This document shows, one piece after another, positions 55,115 to 64,000 of a stretch of 64,000 nt of DNA. Below the pieces are notes generated by a model. It saw nothing but the letters and a program-made list of their open reading frames with translations. It ran no database searches and was not told the origin of the DNA. Source of the stretch: Eledone cirrhosa (Eukaryota); assembly GCA_964016885.1 (NCBI GenBank), contig OZ024742.1, positions 78,802,001 to 78,866,000 on the forward strand, in the 5' to 3' direction. Numbering within the stretch: position 1 is the first letter of the stretch; every line of letters starts with the position of its first letter. The translations under genes and the position numbers were made by a program.

Positions 55115-55315
55115 AGTGGTTTGACAGTATCGTAGAACATCAGACAACATGCTTTGCGGCAGATAGTTACATCCCTTTGTGTTCTGAGTTCAAATCTAGC
55201 TCAGGTTAACTTTGCCTTTCATCCTTACGGGGTAGATAAAATAAAGTACCAGTAATTTAATTGACTTTTTCTTACTCCCTAAAATTGTTGACCTTGTGCC
55301 TATATCAGAACCCAT
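55115..55315 (+). mobile_element. SINE (family A)
   Basis: CTGAGTTCAAATCTAGCTCAGGTTAACTTTGCCTTTCATCCTTACGGGGTAGATAAAATAAAGTACCAG. Confidence 0.85.
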
Positions 55316-55789
55316 TAATTAGTAGTACTATCAAATGAAGACTGTGCCTTTGGATTCACTTGTATCATATATCTAGCAATACCTATTAATTCCTTTCCAG
55401 GACTTCCACCATTATGTAGAAAACAGGATTTTCTACTTTTTTTATTGGTGTTATTATTTGTTTTTATGTTAGAATCATGAATACAATAGAAGCAAGGAGA
55501 ATTAACCATCCCTTTCAAATAAATATGAAAACAAAATGCCATTTTTTTAGTGATGTAATTGAGATTATAAAGTTTGACCATTGAGGTTTCTATGTTAAAC
55601 ATATAAAAAAAGTAAGAGGAACCCTACACCCCTACCCAGTTATGTGATTCTCTGGTCCAACCCATGCAATCATGGAAAGCTAGAAGCAACTCTCTCCATG
55701 ATCACCTCAATTACCCAACATTTCCTCTCTTGTGGTTGTATCAGACCCCCACTCATGTCAATGCCTTCTCAATGATGGTGCCACAATGA

Positions 55790-55985
55790 AAATTACCTAG
55801 TACACCCTCTAAGGCAGTAGTGCCTGTATCATGATAAATATTATGTGCACACTGTAAAGTGGTTGGTGCTAGGAAGGACATCTAACCATAGAAACCAAGC
55901 CATAAATGAAATGTACAAGCAGGACGCAGTCACATAATCTAACCCATGCAAGCATGGAAAATAGACATTAAATGGTGATGATGGT
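55790..55985 (+). mobile_element. SINE 3' half with RTE-like tail
   Basis: CACACTGTAAAGTGGTTGGTGCTAGGAAGGACATCTAACCATAGAAACC..AACCCATGCAAGCATGGAAAATAGACATTAAATGGTGATG. Confidence 0.75.
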
Positions 55986-57861
55986 AAAAGACAACTTTGG
56001 CAGACATATTGCTTTCTTGGTGGATCTTCTAAGTGACTCAGTTTTACCAATACTTGCAAGATTATAAGAATATGAAATATGAAGCTACTGCAAAAGTTGG
56101 TTCATTCTATTCCTGTTGTTGCTGCTGTTTATCCCCAGGTCATCTCTGATTGAGTACACCTATGATTGCAGTAATTCTAGCCATGACTATCCTGTTTTTG
56201 TTTAGAGGTAGGATGTATCCACCCCCATCGCGTACCATTACATTAGTTAAATACCATTCTTTCATCTCATACATATATATAACACACATCACATTACATA
56301 TGTTTCATCTTTTTTAAGATAGTTGGGTGTGATGTGAAAGATTTAGTCAGGAAATAATAGTAAATTTAACAAAGCTGCTGACCTTGCCATTGATAATGGC
56401 ACAGATCTGGGGAGTGTGAAATTTACACTGGAAAAGTGTTGAATACAGAAATCTGACTTATGTTGCAGACTACTCTGGTCTGAAAAGTGTTGACTGCACA
56501 CAAACACTATTTATGTTGCAGACCCCACCCAATGTGTGTGTGTATGTGCGAGAGAGGGAGGGAAAGAGAGAGATTTGGATGTTATTTCTCATGTTGAGTG
56601 ATCTGATAGAGACTCTTCCTTGGCTTATTAGTTACCAAATTTGAGGCTTCTGTAACTCTTTTGATACCATCATCTCTCAAACTGCCTCTGGTTTGATGAA
56701 ACAAACTCTTCCATCTTTAAGGATTCCAGTTTAAATTAAAACCTCCCTACATTATTTATATCAGAATTGTTTAAATTATACTACAAATACTAATAGAAAT
56801 GTTTATGAAATAATTAATAATTTTAGTAAATTACTCTGAATACTTCATTAATTAAATTAAATGTAAATGTCATGAAATGGTTAGATGTAGTAACTAAAGC
56901 AGTTACGTCTTCTCCTTTGCCTGCCTGGGTTGGATAGTGATATAAATTTGTGTACTAGATACTATCATATGAGAACATAAGTGTATTGCCCCAATCATAT
57001 TTGGTGGGTGCAGATGTTCCTAATTTTCCAGTAAAAATGACGTCTTTGTGCACCCTCACGCACCCCCAGCAATATGCTACTGTATGAGAATTGAGTGGCT
57101 CATAGATTCAAGCATATTTGAGCATGAATTCTAGTTAGACAGCAATACATACATTAGCTTCCCTATAAAGTTCTGATAACTTTACTTGAAGGTGTATTAA
57201 ACCAACCATGAATGTTGGATCTACGTTGAGGATTAATAAATGGAGATAGATATATATTTTACTGAGAGACTATATTTTATATGTGTAACAAGTCGTCTCA
57301 TTATAAAATTATTTTTGAAGTAATAATTTGATATTTTTTTTACCTTAGCTATTTGTTGTTTTTTGTACTTTTTTATTTATTTATTTCATTATGTTATTTT
57401 TTTTTTCTTTATAAAAGTGTGAAAGATATAAGTGAGTGAGGGTGGGTTCGGGTGTTGGTGGGGGTAATGCAATGCTAATTATCCCAGGGAGAGCTTTGCA
57501 AATAGTCATTAGAAGAAACTCTATCAACTTAATGAGCAATTAATTTAGTATCAATAATTATATGGATGTAAGTTATAGCCCAGCTATTTTCTCATTCAAT
57601 AATTAGGTGAATAGCTGAAAAAATAAAGTTAAACAAATAAGTAAAAATAAACGATATAATGAGGGCTTTGTCAACAAAAAAAAATAACAACAATAACAAC
57701 ACTTCAGTTTTATTCTTCTTCATGATTTGTTTCACAATGTAGTGTGACGGATGGATTATAATGGGTTTAGATTATCTTGTAAAATATATTCCATATACAT
57801 ATTGCCATAAAGCTACCAGGATGCATGTATGTATAGAGGCATGTATATATATATGTATATA

Positions 57862-57941
57862 TTGGGTTGTCAAGTATGAAATTTGTAGAAATTTGTAGAA
57901 AAAAAAACAAATATCTACAAATTCCATACTTGATGACCCAA
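57862..57941. mobile_element. Tiny mariner-like MITE (almost TIR only)
   Basis: TA|TTGGGTTGTCAAGTATGAAATTTGTAGA .. TCTACAAATTCCATACTTGATGACCCAA|TA. Confidence 0.7.
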
Positions 57942-57953
57942 TATATACACACA

Positions 57954-58265
57954 CACGCTGACAACAAAAACACACGCACATGGTGGATTTCACTTCAATT
58001 TATTATAATTTCCCAGTCGGTTAGTTTAATAACTGATGATGTATGACACAGCTCACAAAAATAAGATGATGTAGGACAGAACAAAGAAGAGACACAAAAA
58101 AATAACAAAAGTAGTCACTGAAGAGGTTACAGAATATGTGATGAAAGAGCTTTGATGACAATCAACAATTAAACAACCATTGGTTATTAAACTAACAGAT
58201 TGGGAAATTATTATAATAAATTGAAGTGAAATCCAACAGGTGCAAGTGTTTTTATTGTCAGCATG
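57954..58265. repeat. ~85-bp inverted repeat with a ~140-bp spacer
   Basis: Arms 57954-58038 and 58178-58265 share GGATTTCACTTCAATTTATTATAAT and GTTAGTTTAATAAC in opposite orientation. Confidence 0.85.
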
Positions 58266-59052
58266 ACTTTCCCAATGTATCATCATCATCATCTTCGTTT
58301 AACGTCCATTTTCCATACATATATATACATATATCTGTTAGACACGCAGTGACTAACAACAGAATGTTTTAAGTCTGCGTGTCTGGCATATATGCGTAGC
58401 TTGTGAATAAAAAATTCAAGGGCTTTTGCTGGCCGTGGTGATCCCTAAAAAACATCTTTTGTAATGTATCGTCTTATTGGCTAATCAACCAAAGAGAGTA
58501 ATTGGTGGTCAAAAGCATCCGCCACTTTGTTTGCACGTTTATTTATCGTTTCGCTTTCAAATCTTCCTCCTGTATTTCGTCGTTCATCATCAAAATGTTT
58601 TTCTCATTTTGGTAAGTTATATTGTTAATTTATATATGATTTTTTAAATTTATATTAACTATTTTTTTTCAGTTCGTTATAACATGCTTATGATATTGGT
58701 TGTATCATATTTACTTGTATATTTGTCCATATTATTGTTCGTTTTATGTTAGATTATTTTATTATTATTATGTTAGATTATTTTTTTATTATTGTTAAGA
58801 CTATTTGTATGTAATATTTAATTTTTATTAATTCAACTATAACAATTGTAACAATTTATTTAATATTGATTGTTTTTGTAGTTGTTTATATTAAAAGTCT
58901 GAAAATATTTTTATACATCTTACAATAATATTTATAAGATCATTTATAAAATAACAATTATATAATCTAATTACATTACAACGATAATTTATTATTAATA
59001 TATATCATGTTTAACTAGAGTTATTACAAGCATTGCCTTAAAAAAATATTAA

Positions 59053-59497
59053 ACTAGACCTGAAAAATGCGCAAGCTCAAAAGAGCCACAGAATGTTATA
59101 ATAAATCTTCAAAAGTGTGGGACTAGAGTTGTTGTTCAAAATATTGTAATCATTATCTATCGTACACTCTGTGGCATCCTTTTATAAAAAAGAGACTCAT
59201 AATGAACTCAAGACGACACGATAATTATTTATGTGAATTTATAATATAGAATTCGGTTTAAGTGCATTTCGTATTAATCATTACTAAACATCTAATATGA
59301 GATATTGAACATTAGCTTAAATAATTATTGTGTCGTCTTAAGTTCGTTATGAGTCTCTTTTTTATAAAAGGATGCCACAGAGTGTACGATAGATAATGAT
59401 TACAATATTTTTGAGCAACAACTCTAGTCCCACACTTTTGAAGGTTTATTATAACATTCTGTGGCTCTTTTGAGCCTGCGCATTTTTCAGGTCTAGT
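59053..59497. mobile_element. Foldback element: ~178-bp inverted arms, ~88-bp spacer, CTAG termini
   Basis: 59053-59230 is the reverse complement of 59319-59497 with only a handful of differences; both outer ends read GGTCTAG|T. Confidence 0.85.
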
Positions 59498-59526
59498 ATA
59501 TACAATGTATATACATATTCCCAATG

Positions 59527-59936
<410 letters not shown>

Positions 59937-59999
59937 CACACACACATACACAAGATAAAGTAATAAATCCAACAAGAAAACTTTGATGATGCAGTAAAT

Positions 60000-60031
<32 letters not shown>

Positions 60032-61794
60032 CATGATGCACTAAATTATTTAAGGTTTGATCTGTAGGAAAGGGGTTGTATTCATAGTTATCAGAGGACC
60101 TATGAGGCTGATGACATCAAAGTGATTGATCTTACTCTAGAACAGGTACAAGTTTACAATAAAATGTAAAACATGCGAAGGGGGCAAAAATTCCAAATAG
60201 ATAATATTATAGAAAGGGAGGACTGGAAAATTGATGCATAGTAGGGTGAAACAATATGGGTGATGACAGTGGAACACAATAGGAGAGACAAATGAGATGA
60301 GTAGGAAGTGAAACAAGATCAGCCACCACCAATTAGAAGCAGGGGCCAGTGTAGATGTAGTAGGAAAGACAGTATGTTTATAAACAAATATCTTGGAGTG
60401 TTTAGAAGAATCCACAGGGCTTTCCTGTGTTTTCTGACAGCATTCTTGAGGCCGTCTACAGGATATGTGAAAGCTAAAAATATACATGTTAATCATGCTG
60501 AGCTCTCATTCCTTACATTAGTACCTCTATTAAAGATATACACTAAAGCAACAACAGTCAAGTGTCACTTACATACTCACTAGCTCAGCACCACAGATAA
60601 GGTATATAATAACAAGTAATAAATGTTACTAACTGTGTGTATATTTCTTCATTTAAACACACACGCACATGAGGCTTCCACACAATTTCTATGTACCAAA
60701 TTTGTTTATTTGTATCCTATTTTATTCTTTGCCTGCCCAAATGTATCCTTGCACTAGAATTAAAAGTCAATTTCAATAAATCTGACAAGCCAGCCAGTCT
60801 TTAGTAATAAAAACAGATACAATTACACACATCAGTATAATATATGAATAAAAAATTAAAACAAATGTATAAAAAAAAACAATAAATAATTGAATTTATA
60901 ACCTAATGAGAATGATATATGTTACAACAAATTGGGCAATCAAATTTGATTAGTAAATGTGGGAGTTGCAATAGAATGTATCAAAAGTCACGTTTTTCTC
61001 GTCCTACTCTCAGATGGTTTCTGTGGTTACACAGAGAAGAAGAGTGATGCATAGTATATTAATTTACTTTATAATATTATAAGCGAGATGTGAACCGTTA
61101 GCCTGTCTGGGAGGTCAATGACCCAGCTTCAGTATTGTTGGAGTCACTGAAGACTCATCCAACCCTTACTAGGAAGGAAAGTGGATGTTAAATGAAGATG
61201 ATGATGATTATCATAACTATATTCCCCATCATAATAATATATTTTGAGTCATTATATAAATCTGTTCTTTACATGTGTCTAGTTTAGAATAGTAGACACT
61301 GTATATCGACATGTCATAAGATACAACTGAAATGATTTGCATCAAGAATATTATCCAGTCATAAAACATGAAACCTGATGATGAGTATGAAGCTCATCAT
61401 AAGAGCCACACAGCTAAATGTTGCTTTAACTGGGAATACAGCCATAAAATGCAAGGCATTATATAAATCTGTGTGTGTATTAACATTTATACATATATCT
61501 GTGCTGTTATGTAAGTACACAACTGAAGGATTGTATAGTCATATGAAACTGGCTTTAAAGACATTCTTATTTATTATCTATCATCTCATCTATTGCTCTT
61601 GCTCTGGGGTCATCCTGGTTAGCAGTACCAGAGGTGTCATCATGTGCAGAAGACATTCATATTAGATCTAATGAAATAAGTAAACAACAAAATAAGCTGG
61701 TGCAAAAGTCATCTTCTAATTTAATAACAAAAAAATAAAGATATATTTTTCTTTTAGATATATTTATTTCAGACAATGAAAATTAATTTGAACA

Positions 61795-61990
61795 CACTGC
61801 ATAAAAAGCACCCAGTCCACCCGGTATATGTGGCTGGAATTATGAAGGGTACTTAGGGATAGAAACCAAGCAAGAAACAGTTCTGTATGAGCAAAACACT
61901 GTCACCTGATCAAACTTGCCTCAAATGGGACAACTCGTCTAACCCATGCTAGTGTGGAAAATGAACGTTAAATGGAGATGATGATGATAA
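61795..61990 (+). mobile_element. SINE 3' half with RTE-like tail
   Basis: ATAAAAAGCACCCAGTCCAC..GTATGAGCAAAACACTGTCA..AACCCATGCTAGTGTGGAAAATGAACGTTAAATG; colinear with 52905-53097. Confidence 0.75.
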
Positions 61991-63074
61991 TGCATTATAT
62001 AACAGTCCATAAACGTCTTTCATTTTCAGCCTCACAGAGCCAAACCCTTTCTTGACAATGTTCCATACCAGTTTGCAATGGATCTGACTCCAATGCTCTT
62101 TAAAGAATGTACAGAGACCTTTTATCATGGCACTAACACTAGGGAAACTGATTTGTCCCCTGCTTCTTATTTTGATTGCTAGCTGAATTGAACTTTTGAA
62201 CTATGCTGTGTTATTCAGTCATCTTCTGTAAAACATTACCTGAAGACAACGGTCATTATTCTTAGGTGGGTTTATTCTTGTAAGGTAAAAAAAAATTACC
62301 CTATGTGTGAGTGTTTCCAAATGAATATCTCTCTCTCTCTTAAAATGATAGCTTATGTTTTGCAGCAGTGATTCTATAGCTCAGATTTTACATTCTCATT
62401 TGCGACTACTTCATTTACAAAATTCACAGCTTCAAGGAAAAATGCACCATTCCATTGTTGAAACTAATCCATTCTTCCCTTGCCCTCCACCTATCCCACA
62501 ACAGTACTTTCTCTCTCTTTATCTATCTCACTGGCATAACTAAGACTTCATGGCTGCTAAAGTAAAGCATTATGAATGCTCCTACTATTTCAGACTTGGT
62601 TACATTCAGGACAGTATTCTTCTATCCAAGATAATTTCTTTGCCTACAGATAGACATACTTGTTTCCTTGCAATAAATTTAAATATTCATTCTTGCCTTT
62701 TCAAAGATCACACAAGAGAAGTATGATAGAGTGGTTATCATCACAGTGATAACGACGACTGTAATGATAATGATGATGTTAAAGATGGTTGTGGTGTAGA
62801 GGGCATACTAGACCTCATTCTTGCCTTGTATCTCAATTGAAGACATTCTTCAAAAAAGTAATAAAAGTAAAAATAAAAATGCGATGGGGGAGCGAGTCCA
62901 AAAGAATTGAGAAATTGCCTGTCAGGTGTATTAAAATGATGAGAGACATTGCAACAATGCAAAGGAAACACCAATTTTTCAAAGTAACATACTAACACTG
63001 ACCTGGTCTTAGATTCTTTCAAGATGTTGTGTGAACTTCATACATATGTATATATATATATATGTACACATGCA

Positions 63075-63130
<56 letters not shown>

Positions 63131-63315
63131 AACATACAACCAAGATAATTGATGGGAAATATTGCAACACTCACCTGAAATGAAAAGAGAAAAAAAATTA
63201 CTTTTAATATTTATGTACACAAATGGGTTTATATGTGAACACAGAAGCATATACATTACATGTATGTACATATTATATATATATATATAATATATATATA
63301 TAATATATATATATA

Positions 63316-63324
<9 letters not shown>

Positions 63325-63393
<69 letters not shown>
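63325..63393. repeat. (GT)n microsatellite preceded by (TA)n
   Basis: Read directly. Confidence 0.95.
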
Positions 63394-63397
<4 letters not shown>

Positions 63398-63735
63398 GAG
63401 AGAAAGGAAGAGAAAGAGAGGGAGAAATGAGACAGTATGACAACCATAAAAAAAGATACTCAATTATATACAATATATTCTTAACATGCATTTCAATGGA
63501 AAGAATTGTTTGTATATATTCTGTAGTGTTGGAACAAATTTATGTACAAGAATACAGCTGAAAAGTTGATGTTTTTAAAGGTTTTGATTAGCAGTGTATG
63601 TGTAGTGTATGTGACAGTGAAAGAACAGTAAAAGAACTTAAGATTAGCTCTCAGTGATAAGTAATGTTGTTGATGATGATGATGTTGCTGCTATTGTTAT
63701 TTAGGCCCATGTCAGTCATGATTGAGTACATTTAG

Positions 63736-63919
63736 AAGAGCCGGATTTATTGGAGGCAGTGAGGGCGTATGCCCCGAGTCCTCCTCTCTGAACAGGGCCC
63801 TTTCTCTCTCATGCTCTCTCTTTTTATGCTTATGTGTGTATGTGTGTTTGTGTGTGTTATATGAGGGGTCCACCAAACCTCAACTGCCCTGAGCACCACT
63901 AGGTCTAAATCTGGCCCTG
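63736..63919. mobile_element. hAT-like MITE, degenerate
   Basis: Left AGAGCCGGATTTA versus right reverse complement CAGGGCCAGATTTA; flanks CATTTAG and TATTTAG resemble a 7-8-bp target duplication. Confidence 0.5.
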
Positions 63920-64000
63920 TATTTAGGAATAAAAATATTCCAGCTTTCACTACTCTGTCCTATTTTACTCAATTTATTGGACACAGTAAAACTGGGGCAG

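Noticed and set aside
56430-56525. ~60-bp direct repeat GAAAAGTGTTGA..TTATGTTGCAGAC
   Set aside because: Two diverged copies only; ordinary local duplication
60137-60583. 119-aa and 91-aa ORFs as genes
   Set aside because: No recognisable domain or donor site; expected by chance

Overview
Eukaryotic, repeat-dominated, apparently non-coding window. The SINE/RTE-tail motifs and the (CA)n/(TA)n/(GAT)n density suggest a cephalopod, probably Octopus (inference from recalled motifs, not a search). The first ~38 kb is a tandem-repeat domain: a ~33.5-kb array of ~500 copies of a ~67-bp unit (705-34245), a decayed (CAT)n tract, a ~40-bp minisatellite, and a 23-copy 46-bp array amplified inside a SINE. 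The last ~26 kb is AT-rich DNA with microsatellites and TE relics: a full-length but stop-disrupted DD37D (maT) Tc1/mariner element, CR1- and RTE-type LINE 3' fragments, two SINE families, piggyBac-, mariner-, pogo- and hAT-like MITEs, a 445-bp foldback with Helitron-like CTAG ends, and two Penelope-like fragments carrying degenerate hammerhead ribozyme motifs. No intact host gene, RNA gene or CRISPR array is supported, and nearly all listed ORFs are low-complexity artefacts. I found no convincing new biological system. The best leads are the branch point-pyrimidine tract-CAG layout of every giant-array unit, the reconstructable hammerheads, and the SINE-born minisatellite. TE fragment boundaries are approximate.
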